From Bacteroidia bacterium (GTDB lineage Bacteria > Bacteroidota > Bacteroidia > 2-12-FULL-35-15), in assembly GCA_020051175.1 (NCBI GenBank), contig JAGVJJ010000011.1, forward strand, positions 5,509 to 69,508: a DNA stretch of 64,000 nucleotides, written 5' to 3'. Positions 41,581 to 51,580 of the stretch are shown here, one piece after another. The notes under the pieces were generated by a model. The model was not told where the DNA came from. It searched no databases and was given only the letters and a program-made list of their open reading frames with translations. A program made the position numbers and the translations under genes. Each line of letters starts with the position of its first letter. Positions within the stretch are counted from its first letter, which is position 1.

Positions 41581-42174
41581 TTAGTTCAATCCTTTTGTAA
41601 TTATATTTGCCAATAAATCGGCTTGGTTAGCTAAGGAACTATATTTATTTTTTGTTATAACCTCCATTTCAATACCTCTTATGCAGGTAACCATAAGCTC
41701 TGAAAGGACTTTAATGGAGTTATTATCCGGTATTTTAAATAATTTATCTTTAACTCCTAATTTTAAAATTGATGAAATTAATTCGATTTCGGCATTATCA
41801 TATCTGTCTCTAAGTTTTGAAAATTGCTCATTAATGTTTACTATATGAGGATCGTGTTCAATCGCAAAACGGTAAAGACTGATTTTATTTTTTAATGTTT
41901 TAATCTTGACAACTATGTATGTTTTTAATTTATCATGCGCATCAATTTCTTTGTCTACTGCTTTTTTAACTTGCCGCCAGAAATCGTCCATTTCTTGTTT
42001 AATTACTTCATCAAAAATCTCTTCTTTGCTTTTGAAATAGTAATAAAGAGTACTTTTGCCTTTGCCTGCTGCCTTTGCAACATCTTCCATCGTAGTTTTA
42101 TTCAAACCGTATTGTTGAATGAGCTTTTTGGCAGCATCTATTATGGCTTGTATTATGATTTCGTCCTTAGTCAT
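41581..42174 (-). CDS. TetR/AcrR-family regulator
   Basis: KTTMEDVAKAAGKGKSTLYYYFKSKEEIF. Confidence 0.95.
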   Translation of the reverse strand: MTKDEIIIQAIIDAAKKLIQQYGLNKTTMEDVAKAAGKGKSTLYYYFKSKEEIFDEVIKQEMDDFWRQVKKAVDKEIDAHDKLKTYIVVKIKTLKNKISLYRFAIEHDPHIVNINEQFSKLRDRYDNAEIELISSILKLGVKDKLFKIPDNNSIKVLSELMVTCIRGIEMEVITKNKYSSLANQADLLANIITKGLN

Positions 42175-42322
42175 TTGTTTTATTTTCGACTGATTACATA
42201 TTTAGTTTAAACTCAACTATCTGTTTTCTTTTTTTTACTTCATCTATGTTTAGGTTTTCTGCTTTTCATATTGAGCAATTTTACCAGGTAGTAATAAATA
42301 ATTACCGATACAAGGCAACGGA

Positions 42323-42715
42323 TTAATACTGCACGTTTTTAAGCCAGTTTAGGGCATCTTCGTAATTTTCAAAATAATTAACTGTTACGGGCGTTTTGTT
42401 AAAGCTATAAACTATACTTTCTACTGCAATTTTATTAAAGAAATAAAGAGGTTGTATGCATGCAACAAACTTCAACCCCATCATAGTTGCTTTTGGTATA
42501 TAGGTTCGATCCATCCAGTCCTGATCCTCCTTACCAATGAGTATCATATCTTTCAAATCTACCAAAATTTTGTAAGCTTTATGTTTTTCTAACATTTCTA
42601 ATAACAATTCGGTGCTTTCCCGAAATTGGTTACTGGTTGCATAACCATACCATTTACATAATACAGCATTAATATCATGATCGTAAGTAATTTTATAGAT
42701 TTCAGTTGATTCCAT
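42323..42715 (-). CDS. STAS/SEC14-like protein
   Basis: KWYGYATSNQFRE, KILVDLKDM, EDQDW, YFENYEDALNWL. Confidence 0.75.
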   Translation of the reverse strand: MESTEIYKITYDHDINAVLCKWYGYATSNQFRESTELLLEMLEKHKAYKILVDLKDMILIGKEDQDWMDRTYIPKATMMGLKFVACIQPLYFFNKIAVESIVYSFNKTPVTVNYFENYEDALNWLKNVQY

Positions 42716-42839
42716 TTTATTTATTTTGGTTGTTATTCCGCCTGCTGTTCACTAAGCTTGCTAAGCTTGGTTTCTGATTTGTTGTTATTTCCTTTTCTAT
42801 GTTTTCTAATGTAATTGTTTGAATGTTTTTATTGACTAT

Positions 42840-42929
42840 TAGACTAATTTGGTATTTAAGTCTACAAATGTATTATTATTTTTCATTGTGCGAAAAATTT
42901 TTATTAGACTTTTTACGTATTATAGTCTG
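42840..42929. promoter_or_regulatory. candidate TetR operators, copies 2 and 3
   Basis: TAGACT-N13-AGTCTA (42840-42864) and TAGACT-N13-AGTCTG (42905-42929). Confidence 0.55.
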
Positions 42930-43068
42930 ATAATGATTTGACAATGGTAGATTGCCATTCTATAGTAATGATTAAAATCAATAAGCCTTATGATAATTGC
43001 CAGGATAATAAGCACGCGACTTGTTAATATATTAATTATCAACACATTAACCTATATTTAAATAATTC

Positions 43069-43091
43069 GTTTAACCAATATATGTTTAAAC
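43069..43091. promoter_or_regulatory. tandem GTTTAAAC operator, copy 1
   Basis: GTTTAACC-N7-GTTTAAAC; recurs at 46738 and 54827. Confidence 0.55.
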
Positions 43092-43139
43092 ATATAAATT
43101 AATACCTTTGTTTGAAATATTAACTAAAAATTGAATCCA

Positions 43140-43496
43140 ATGAATTTAAAAGAAAAAATTGAAGAGTTGAATCAAATGATTCTTACCGGAAAACAAATGG
43201 ATGCTTTTGAAAAGTATTACCATGAAGATGTTGTAATGCAGGAAAACTCTAATCCACCTACAGTTGGAAAATCTGCAAATCGAGAAAGAGAGTTACAGGC
43301 TATGCAAATGATTGAAGCCTTTCATGGCGCGGAAGTAAAATCAGTTGCTGTTGGTGATAATGTAACAACATCTGAATGGGAAATGGATGTTACTTATAAA
43401 GGCGCTCCTCGTATGAAAATGTGCCAGGTTGCAGTGCAGAAATGGAAAGATGGGAAAATTATAAACGAACGCTTTTATTATTCAATGCCAAATTAA
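43140..43496 (+). CDS. SnoaL/NTF2-like protein
   Basis: AFEKYYHEDVVMQE, WKDGKIINERFYY. Confidence 0.88.
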   Translation: MNLKEKIEELNQMILTGKQMDAFEKYYHEDVVMQENSNPPTVGKSANRERELQAMQMIEAFHGAEVKSVAVGDNVTTSEWEMDVTYKGAPRMKMCQVAVQKWKDGKIINERFYYSMPN

Positions 43497-43610
43497 AAAT
43501 TACGGGGGAACAGGTAGTTGCTTTAATGATTGTTTCTTCCATTATTACTAAAGTATTGCTTGAATCCCCCGCCAATTTTATTAAAAAAAACCAATTAAAA
43601 ATCAAATTAT

Positions 43611-44066
43611 ATGAAAGCAAGAATAATTTCAATAACCCCTGAAACTCTTTTTATGTCTGTGTTTCAGGAAAACAAGAACAACAACGATTCAGATAACCAC
43701 TACATTCCGGGAGCGTGTAATATTGGGCATGAAGAAATAAGAAGACGGAAAAAGGCAACCGTCTTTTCTATTGTATTGACTATTACAGTAATTGTTTTAC
43801 TATTTATGCTTGATGCAAATAAAATATGGAGATTAATTCTTTTTATCCCTGCGACTTCGCTAGGTGTGAGTTTTCAGCAATGGTACTTTAAGTTTTGCGT
43901 TGCTTTCGGAATAAAAGGCGTATTTAATTTTGGAGATATCGGCAAAACATTTTCCATTGATCAAAAGGAAAATTACAGAAAAGATCGTATTAAGGCATGG
44001 CAAATGATTATATCAGGAATGGTATTTGGTTTGATATTAGCCTTGATTTTTTATTTTATGCCTTGA
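43611..44066 (+). CDS. hypothetical membrane protein
   Basis: YIPGACNIG, FCVAFG, three TM segments; start uncertain. Confidence 0.75.
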   Translation: MKARIISITPETLFMSVFQENKNNNDSDNHYIPGACNIGHEEIRRRKKATVFSIVLTITVIVLLFMLDANKIWRLILFIPATSLGVSFQQWYFKFCVAFGIKGVFNFGDIGKTFSIDQKENYRKDRIKAWQMIISGMVFGLILALIFYFMP

Positions 44067-44104
44067 ATGGAGAAGGTAACAATTATTGAAGAACTTTAAA
44101 AAAT

Positions 44105-44335
44105 ATGGGGCAAAAAAAACACATAGATGAAAAGATGAAAGAGTTTGCTATGAATATTGAAGAATTTACTATCGGACAAACTATTATTGATTCAGACAAC
44201 ACCCGTTGCGAAATATCCAATAAGACAATTAATAGTATTGAAGTTTCAATTATACGAAAAAGTGAAAAAGGAAGCAACTGTAAGCAATGGTTTGATATGA
44301 AACAATTTAATAAGAGATTTAAAACTTTGAATTAG
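44105..44335 (+). CDS. small hypothetical protein
   Basis: 76-aa ATG ORF. Confidence 0.55.
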   Translation: MGQKKHIDEKMKEFAMNIEEFTIGQTIIDSDNTRCEISNKTINSIEVSIIRKSEKGSNCKQWFDMKQFNKRFKTLN

Positions 44336-44452
44336 TAAAAATTTTAATGCGTTTTTGGGTAAATTATTAATGGTGTACCCAAAACAAAACAGAAACCATC
44401 ACAGAAGCGAAATTTTGAAAATAATAAACCCAAAACTTAAATAATAACAACT

Positions 44453-44836
44453 ATGGAACCAATAAAATTGTCTAAAGCGAGAAAAGTAACAACATGGATA
44501 TTCGTAGGGCTTATGTCAGCCTTATTTATTATGAGTGCGTCAATGAAATTGATGGCTGGTGCAAATGCGGAAATAGCACAAAACTTTATTAAATGGGGAT
44601 TGGATGGTAAACTTATGTTAATAGGAATGGGCGAACTCATTGCTGCCATTTTCTTTCTAATTCCGCGAACATCATCATTAGGAGTTTTATTATTAAGCGC
44701 ACACTTAGGTGGTGCAATTGTGACGCACATGAGTAATGCGGAAATGTTTATTCCACAAATAGTAATGCTCTTGTTAGTTTGGGTTGCTAATTATTTGCGT
44801 AATCCAGAAATGTTAGCATCATTCACAAAAAAATAA
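44453..44836 (+). CDS. DoxX-like membrane protein
   Basis: SASMKL, IPRTSSLGVLLLSAHLGGAIVTH. Confidence 0.88.
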   Translation: MEPIKLSKARKVTTWIFVGLMSALFIMSASMKLMAGANAEIAQNFIKWGLDGKLMLIGMGELIAAIFFLIPRTSSLGVLLLSAHLGGAIVTHMSNAEMFIPQIVMLLLVWVANYLRNPEMLASFTKK

Positions 44837-44840
44837 TTTC

Positions 44841-45731
44841 ATGGAACGCAAAGATTTTTTAAAACTTTTAGCGTTAGCCCCATTAGTCACGTATAATATG
44901 AAGTTACCGGCATTTTCAAAAATCACTTCCTCTTTTTCTTCTACAAAGAAAATGCCTGTGCTTTTTACTTCGCATGGCAACCCGATGGACATTCCTTTAG
45001 GGCTAAATGCAAATCCGTTTTTAACAAGTTTGGCACAAATAGGAGAAAAAATTAGAAAAGAAAATGAAATAAAAGCCATTTTGGTAGTATCAGCACATTG
45101 GTGCACGAAAGGGACTCTTGTAAATGTAAGCTCTGCACCTGAAACTATTTATGATTATTACGGTTTTCCACCCGAATATTATACTCAGAAATACCTTGCT
45201 CCCGGCTCACCAGAAACGGCTAAGGAAGTAGCCAAGCTTATTCCAAAAGTTAAAGAAACAACAGAGTGGGGATTAGATCATGGTGCTTGGCCTATGCTTA
45301 AACACATGTTCCCAAAGGCTGATGTTCCGGTTTTTGAAATGAGTATTGATTATTACCAATCCGCACAATATCATTTTGATTTAGCAAAACAACTCAAACC
45401 CCTGAGAAATAAGGGAGTTTTAATAATTGGAAGCGGTGCTGTTGTACATAATTTAAAGGAGGCTGGCAAACGATTTTTTAATGGAAATATGAAGCCTTAT
45501 GGGTGGGATATAGAGTTTGATCAATGGATAAAACAACAATTGGATAAACGAGATATACAAAGCATAGTCAATTACGAAAAAAATAAATTAGGCTTGATGG
45601 CTGCCCCCACCCCGGACCATTATGTGCCTTTAATATATAGTCTTGCTTTAATGGATGAGAATGAAAATATTGAACATACTTTTGAAGAAATGCTCCCAGC
45701 TTTTAGCAACAGGGGTTTTCGTATAGGTTAA
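44841..45731 (+). CDS. 4,5-DOPA dioxygenase-like extradiol dioxygenase (YgiD/LigB family)
   Basis: SHGNP, VSAHW, YDYYGFP, GLDHGAW, GSGAVVHNL, PTPDHY; Tat-like ERKDFLK leader. Confidence 0.9.
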   Translation: MERKDFLKLLALAPLVTYNMKLPAFSKITSSFSSTKKMPVLFTSHGNPMDIPLGLNANPFLTSLAQIGEKIRKENEIKAILVVSAHWCTKGTLVNVSSAPETIYDYYGFPPEYYTQKYLAPGSPETAKEVAKLIPKVKETTEWGLDHGAWPMLKHMFPKADVPVFEMSIDYYQSAQYHFDLAKQLKPLRNKGVLIIGSGAVVHNLKEAGKRFFNGNMKPYGWDIEFDQWIKQQLDKRDIQSIVNYEKNKLGLMAAPTPDHYVPLIYSLALMDENENIEHTFEEMLPAFSNRGFRIG

Positions 45732-45858
45732 AAGATTATGACGTGGGATCATTGAAGTAAAATATATGGGCTGGTGGTTGCAGTTTGATTTTCAGAATAG
45801 TTTGCTGTTCCATGTAAACAGTTACTGAAATATCTGCAATACCGGCCCTCCAATACTT

Positions 45859-46122
45859 TTGAAAGTGAATTACAAAAAATTAGTATTAACATTAAAGGAT
45901 GAAAGACATGCAGTTATATTTATTGTCGAGATCCAAAACAATGCTCCAAGAAGCATCAAAGCAAATTTTCTGAAACTACCAATTGGTGTAGATTTGGGAT
46001 TCTATACAGGAAGATATGCTAATGATACTACTGAAGAATCTATTATTTCAGACATCCTCAAAAGGTTGGAAATTGATAAAAATTCCGGGCATTATTTCAT
46101 CAGGGAAGAGTATTCAAAATAG
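45859..46122 (+). CDS. hypothetical protein
   Basis: 87-aa ORF with TTG start. Confidence 0.45.
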   Translation: MKVNYKKLVLTLKDERHAVIFIVEIQNNAPRSIKANFLKLPIGVDLGFYTGRYANDTTEESIISDILKRLEIDKNSGHYFIREEYSK

Positions 46123-46247
46123 GATTTTTCCAAGTATTCTTAAACAAAATAAAAATAAGACAATAGCGTTCTGGCATATATTTGGTTTGTTGTAGGAACA
46201 ATAATATTTAATTAGGGTAATTTACTTATGAATATAATTTTATAAAT

Positions 46248-46697
46248 ATGAATTTGGAAGAAGAAATTAAGCAAGAAAAATTCAGGAGTGAATTTCAAAA
46301 AACGATTATAAATATTTATTATACTAACTGCTATATTTTTTCAAAGTTTCAGGATTTACTTTCTGAATATAAATTAACGGTTCAGCAATATAATATTCTA
46401 CGGATACTTCGAGGACAATTTCCGGAAACAGTATCAATTGGAACAATAAAGGAAAGAATGCTTGATAAAAATTCGGACATAACAAGAATAATTGACCGGC
46501 TAATTATTAAGCAATTAGCCGAAAGAAAAAACAGCATAAGTGATAGGCGGGTTACTGAAATTAAAATAACAAAAAAGGGGTTGAGCCTTCTTAAGAAAAT
46601 GGATTTAGTTGATTTAAAATCGGATAATATCCTCTCGCATTTAAATGAAACAGACCTAAAGAAATTAAACGAGCTTTTAGATAAGATTAGAATTTAG
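46248..46697 (+). CDS. MarR-family regulator
   Basis: QQYNILRILRG, RMLDKNSDITRIIDRL, DRR..ITKKG. Confidence 0.93.
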   Translation: MNLEEEIKQEKFRSEFQKTIINIYYTNCYIFSKFQDLLSEYKLTVQQYNILRILRGQFPETVSIGTIKERMLDKNSDITRIIDRLIIKQLAERKNSISDRRVTEIKITKKGLSLLKKMDLVDLKSDNILSHLNETDLKKLNELLDKIRI

Positions 46698-46737
46698 GCC
46701 TAAAACCTTTTATTTTTCATGCAATAAAAGTTTATTT

Positions 46738-46760
46738 GTTTAAACATATATTGTTTAAAC
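46738..46760. promoter_or_regulatory. tandem GTTTAAAC operator, copy 2
   Basis: GTTTAAAC-N7-GTTTAAAC. Confidence 0.55.
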
Positions 46761-46805
46761 GATTATTTTACTACATTAGTATATATTAATTTAGATTTGG
46801 ATTCA

Positions 46806-47327
46806 ATGTCAAAAGAAATTGCAAGGGAAATTGTTAAAGAAAATAATATTCAAAAAATAAATTACCTCATAACGAATTTGCATCAGCCCGAAATCGAACT
46901 TGATTTAATTCATTTGATTTATGAAATCAGTTTAATTAAGCCGGATCTTCTATTAGATTATTTTGACGATATTGCAATATGTTTAAATTCAAAATATAGC
47001 AACGTACATAAATTTACCTTGCTAACTTTTTCAAATTTAGCCAATAAAAAATCGGAGAATATATGGGATTGTCGCGAAAGAATATGTGATATAATAACGA
47101 CCGGAGACGTTCCTGTTTTAGAATCAGGACTTTCACTTTTTTTGGAAATGGCAAAATTCGGGGATGCGGAAATAAGAAATGAATCCTCCCTTTGTGTTTC
47201 AGCAATTCTCGAAGTTCTTCCCGTTGAAAGCCTTCAAAAATTTACTAAAGCTATTGCTGAATCGGATATTTTATTTAAGGAAAAAAATCTTACAATAATT
47301 GACAAAAGAACAAGTTTGCTTAACTAA
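46806..47327 (+). CDS. helical (HEAT-like) hypothetical protein
   Basis: YEISLIKPDLL...LNSK pattern; ATG at 46806. Confidence 0.6.
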   Translation: MSKEIAREIVKENNIQKINYLITNLHQPEIELDLIHLIYEISLIKPDLLLDYFDDIAICLNSKYSNVHKFTLLTFSNLANKKSENIWDCRERICDIITTGDVPVLESGLSLFLEMAKFGDAEIRNESSLCVSAILEVLPVESLQKFTKAIAESDILFKEKNLTIIDKRTSLLN

Positions 47328-47386
47328 TCTTTACTTATACGTTCATAATTTTATATATTTAGAAGAACAAGTAAGCATTCTCTTAA

Positions 47387-47794
47387 TTAAATTAAATTCC
47401 CTAGCATAACATTTAAACTTTGCTTAAATACTTTCACTTCTTTTTTTGGAATGTCTTTGAAAGAAAATTCATCAACTTTCTTATATGCATTAGTTATTAA
47501 GGAAATATCCTTGTTAGCTTTTTCTGTTAAATAAATAAAGTTTTGCCTTCTATCCTTTGGATTTGAAATTCTCTTAACATATCCGGATTTCACTAAATAA
47601 TCTATCATTTGCACCAGTGACGACTTCTCAACATGGATTATTTCACTTATCTCTTTTTGAGTCAGCTTCTTTTTCGACTCATTAATAACAAAAAGTATTA
47701 TATAATACCTATCAATACTTAAACCGTTTAAATAACTTGCAACAGCTTTTTGATAAAGCTTTGAAATTTTATTTAAACGGTCAACAAGTACCAT
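47387..47794 (-). CDS. MarR-family regulator
   Basis: TQKEISE..EKSSLVQMIDYL, NPKDRRQ..LTEK. Confidence 0.92.
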   Translation of the reverse strand: MVLVDRLNKISKLYQKAVASYLNGLSIDRYYIILFVINESKKKLTQKEISEIIHVEKSSLVQMIDYLVKSGYVKRISNPKDRRQNFIYLTEKANKDISLITNAYKKVDEFSFKDIPKKEVKVFKQSLNVMLGNLI

Positions 47795-47817
47795 GTCAGA
47801 TGTTTTGAATAGTTAAA

Positions 47818-48126
47818 TTACTTATAAAAGCGTTTTGTAAGAGCTTTAAAAAGCTTCTTTTCCTTGGTCCAGAAAAAAGTAAATTGCCCTAATAGGAAAC
47901 CGTAAATCAACAATAATAACTGGTATGCCGGGAAGATGAAAAGGATATAGGTAATAGATTTTATCCATATTGCAGTACCAGCTTCCAGTCCAAGCAGCAT
48001 AAAAAACAACTTACGAAATGTAACTACTGAAGTCCCTGCAAGAGAAAAAACAATGAATATTAATAGCAGTTGAAAATTGCTATTAATACCCCATTTAATT
48101 TTTAACTTTTCAAAATATTTTTTCAT
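47818..48126 (-). CDS. DUF6787-like membrane protein
   Basis: LKIKWGI.SNFQ..IFIVFSL.G, PAYQ, GQFTFFW.KEK. Confidence 0.75.
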   Translation of the reverse strand: MKKYFEKLKIKWGINSNFQLLLIFIVFSLAGTSVVTFRKLFFMLLGLEAGTAIWIKSITYILFIFPAYQLLLLIYGFLLGQFTFFWTKEKKLFKALTKRFYK

Positions 48127-48179
48127 CGAACTAAATAATGAATTTTAAAATTCAATCTACTAATCAATGTGTTTTCAAT

Positions 48180-51100
48180 TTAAACCTGTTCAATTGGTCC
48201 TAATTTTCCTCTTTGTTTAGTCTTTGAAATAATTCTTTTGGTTTTTTCTTTCGTTTTAAATGCAATTAAATACATTACAGGAACTAGTATTAACGTGATA
48301 AAGGTGGCGAAACTCAACCCGAAAATAATTGTCCAAGACAAGGGGCCCCAAAACGCAACGGAATCACCCCCAAAATATATTTTTGGGTCTAATTCTGTAA
48401 ACATTGTAACAAAATCAATATTGAACCCTACTGCTAGAGGAATCATTCCTAATATTGTAGCGGTGGCTGTTAAAATTACAGGGGTCATTCTTATGCGTCC
48501 ACCTTCAATCACAGCATCTCGAACCGACATACCATTTTCAACTAGAATGTCGGTGAATTCTACTAATAAAATACCATTCCTAACGACTATTCCGGCTAAA
48601 GCAACAATTCCAATTCCAGTCATTACAACTGAAATATCCATATTGAAAATGGCTAAGCCCAAGAGAACACCAATTACACTTAAAATAATTTCAGATAGAA
48701 TTATTAATGTTTTACTAAATGAATTAAACTGAATAATTAATATTAATAAAATTATAAAAACTGAAATCATTAAAGCTCGTCCCATAAATCCAGCTGCTTC
48801 CTTTTGCTCTTCCTTTTCACCTGTTAGCTCAACAGAAACACCCTGCGGAGTTTTAAAGCTTTTCATTGCTGACAATAGCGAGGCATTTATTTTGTTAGCG
48901 TTGAAGCCTGATAGTACATTTGAAGAAAGTGTAATAACTCTTTTCTGATTTTTTCTTTTTATTCCACCATAAGTACTTGTGTAATCTACTTTCGCAAAAG
49001 CCGATAAAGGTATTTGACGTATGGCTCCACCCATATTCATATCGCGATAAGTAATTTTAAGGTTCTGCAATTCTTCAATATTATTTCTCTGTGATTTACT
49101 ATAACGAAGCATAATTGGATAGTCATCATTTTCATCTTTAAAGCGAGAAACTTCCTTACCATAAACAGCGTTGCGAAGTTCCATTCCTATTTGAGCCGTA
49201 GAAATACCCTCTCTATTAGCCCGTTCTCTATCTAAATCAATTTTTATTTCAGGCTTATTCAGTTGCAGGTCAGATTTAAGTTCTTCTACCCCAGCTATCT
49301 GAAGTGAATCAAGCATTTTCTTCAGAGAAAGGGACGTTTCGACCAAATCCTCAAATTTATCCCCACTTATTTCGATATTAATTGGTTTGGCAGTAGGCGG
49401 CCCATTTTGTTCTTGATCAACAGACATCTCAACACCCGGAATACCTTTAACAGCAGTTCTAATTTCATCTAAATACTTTGCTGTCGAAACCCCATCTCGC
49501 AATCCAAATTCAACAAATGCCACACCAACTTTTGCTTTGTTAGAGTACTTTCCTCTATCATCTCTATTTTCAGAAGCACCAACAGCTACGTTTGTAATTA
49601 CTGATTCAACTATTGGATTTTTTTCTCCAATCACCTTATATATTCTGCCTTCTATTATTTTCGCAACGGAGTCGGTAGCGGAAGCTTTTGTACCAACTGG
49701 CAAGGTTGCATATACATAAATAAAATTGGGATCTCCTTTAGGGAAAAATACGACTTTAGGATTTCTTAATGCGGTAAGCATTACAGAACCAATAAGCAAT
49801 GCAATTGTCAATCCAACAATTTTGTAAGGCCGATCAAGTGTCCACTTCAAAAATCGAGCGTAGGAATTCTGAACAGCAGGCCATGTTTTTTCCTGAAACC
49901 TAACTATCATTTTCTCAATAAATAAACTATACAGAGTGTAAATCAGTAACATCAAAACGATGAAGTTTCCCTTTCCCGGAGATCCCGTCACATAGCACAG
50001 CAAAGCAAGCATTACCATTACAACAGCCGTAATAATTAGTCCTTTACGACTTTTCTTACCATGCTGCTTTTCATGTGGCTTCATAAAATTAACTGCAAAT
50101 ACCGGATTAATAATATAAGCAACGATAAGCGATGCACTCAATGTAATAATCATTGTAACGGGCATAAAGTGCATAAATTTACCAATAGTACCCCCCCAAA
50201 ATGCAAGAGGTATAAAAGGTGCAAGTGTTGTTATAGTTCCGGATAATACAGGCAGAAACACTTCACCGGCCGCTTGCTTTGCAGCAGTAACAATATTCTT
50301 TTTTCCATTATCGAAAATCCTGTGTGTATTTTCGATAACAACAACTGCATCATCTACAACTATCCCTAAACCAAGTAGAAATGCAAACAATACAATCATG
50401 TTCATGGTAAATCCAATGCCAGGAAGAACCATAAATGCGACAAACATGGAGAGAGGCACAGATAATCCAACGAAAATTGCGTTAGTTGCACCCATAAAGA
50501 ACATCAGAATAATCGTTACTAGAATAAAGCCAATGATAATGGTATTAATTAAATCATGTAATGTAGTTCGGGTTTGAGATGATTGATCTCCTGTTGTTTT
50601 AATAACCAAATCTTCAGGAAATGATGATTTTTTCATTTCATTTATAATGTCAGTAATCTTATCAGAAGCATCAATAAGGTTTTCACCACCTCTTTTAATG
50701 ATATTTAAAGTAATTACCTTTTTCTTGTCAAGGTGGCCATAACTTTCTTGTTCTAGAAAATCATCTTTAACATCAGCAATGTCTTTTAAATAAACAGGTG
50801 CGCCAACCATTGAATTAACAACAATGTTTTTGATGTTATCAATATTCGAAAATTCCCCTGAAACACTTATCGTTCTTGCCATTTCATCCATATCGATACT
50901 TCCTCCTGAAATGATTAAGTTCTCTGAAGCAATTGCCCTTTCTATATCTGTCATTGAAAGTTTGGCAGCATGCATTCTGTACATGTCAACATTAATTTGA
51001 ATTTCCCTTTCTAAAGCGCCAACCATATCAGCTCTTGTAATCTCCTTAAGAGATTCTATTCTGTCTTGTAAATCATCGGCATATTTTTTTAACTGGCTTA

Positions 51101-51569
51101 ATTCATAATCTCCTGATATGTTCACAAACATTATCGGCATTTCAGAAAATTCTACTTCCATCACGCTTGGCTCAGAGGGGAGGTCTTTCGGCAAATCTTT
51201 TTTTGCCTTATCTACTGCATCCTTTACCTTTTGTTTTGCTACAGCAACCTCAACATCTGTATTAAATTCCACAATAATATTGGAGAAGTCCTGAACGGAA
51301 TTACTTGTAAGTTTTTTTACGCCTGAAATAGATTTAATTTGCTTTTCAATTGGTTTACAAACTAAATTCTCTATATCTTTTGGCGAACTTCCAGGATAGA
51401 CGGTGCTTACATAAATTGTAGGGATAACGATATCCGGGAATTTTTCCTTAGGAATACTGTTGTATGAAAAAATTCCTGCTAACGTGATAAAAATGGTTAG
51501 CACGTAGATGGCCGACTTATTATCAATAGACCAGCTTGTTAATTTGAACTCTTTAAATTTCTTTTCCAC
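48180..51569 (-). CDS. RND efflux permease (AcrB/AcrD/AcrF family)
   Basis: PKEKFPDI, LGIVVDDAVVVIEN, GIVVRNGILL, RMTPVILT. Confidence 0.95.
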   Translation of the reverse strand: MEKKFKEFKLTSWSIDNKSAIYVLTIFITLAGIFSYNSIPKEKFPDIVIPTIYVSTVYPGSSPKDIENLVCKPIEKQIKSISGVKKLTSNSVQDFSNIIVEFNTDVEVAVAKQKVKDAVDKAKKDLPKDLPSEPSVMEVEFSEMPIMFVNISGDYELSQLKKYADDLQDRIESLKEITRADMVGALEREIQINVDMYRMHAAKLSMTDIERAIASENLIISGGSIDMDEMARTISVSGEFSNIDNIKNIVVNSMVGAPVYLKDIADVKDDFLEQESYGHLDKKKVITLNIIKRGGENLIDASDKITDIINEMKKSSFPEDLVIKTTGDQSSQTRTTLHDLINTIIIGFILVTIILMFFMGATNAIFVGLSVPLSMFVAFMVLPGIGFTMNMIVLFAFLLGLGIVVDDAVVVIENTHRIFDNGKKNIVTAAKQAAGEVFLPVLSGTITTLAPFIPLAFWGGTIGKFMHFMPVTMIITLSASLIVAYIINPVFAVNFMKPHEKQHGKKSRKGLIITAVVMVMLALLCYVTGSPGKGNFIVLMLLIYTLYSLFIEKMIVRFQEKTWPAVQNSYARFLKWTLDRPYKIVGLTIALLIGSVMLTALRNPKVVFFPKGDPNFIYVYATLPVGTKASATDSVAKIIEGRIYKVIGEKNPIVESVITNVAVGASENRDDRGKYSNKAKVGVAFVEFGLRDGVSTAKYLDEIRTAVKGIPGVEMSVDQEQNGPPTAKPINIEISGDKFEDLVETSLSLKKMLDSLQIAGVEELKSDLQLNKPEIKIDLDRERANREGISTAQIGMELRNAVYGKEVSRFKDENDDYPIMLRYSKSQRNNIEELQNLKITYRDMNMGGAIRQIPLSAFAKVDYTSTYGGIKRKNQKRVITLSSNVLSGFNANKINASLLSAMKSFKTPQGVSVELTGEKEEQKEAAGFMGRALMISVFIILLILIIQFNSFSKTLIILSEIILSVIGVLLGLAIFNMDISVVMTGIGIVALAGIVVRNGILLVEFTDILVENGMSVRDAVIEGGRIRMTPVILTATATILGMIPLAVGFNIDFVTMFTELDPKIYFGGDSVAFWGPLSWTIIFGLSFATFITLILVPVMYLIAFKTKEKTKRIISKTKQRGKLGPIEQV

Positions 51570-51580
51570 AATTAAAATAT

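Noticed and set aside
43131-46122. Integron cassette array with attC sites
   Set aside because: The hairpins lack RYYYAAC/GTTRRRY ends and no IntI-type tyrosine integrase is present
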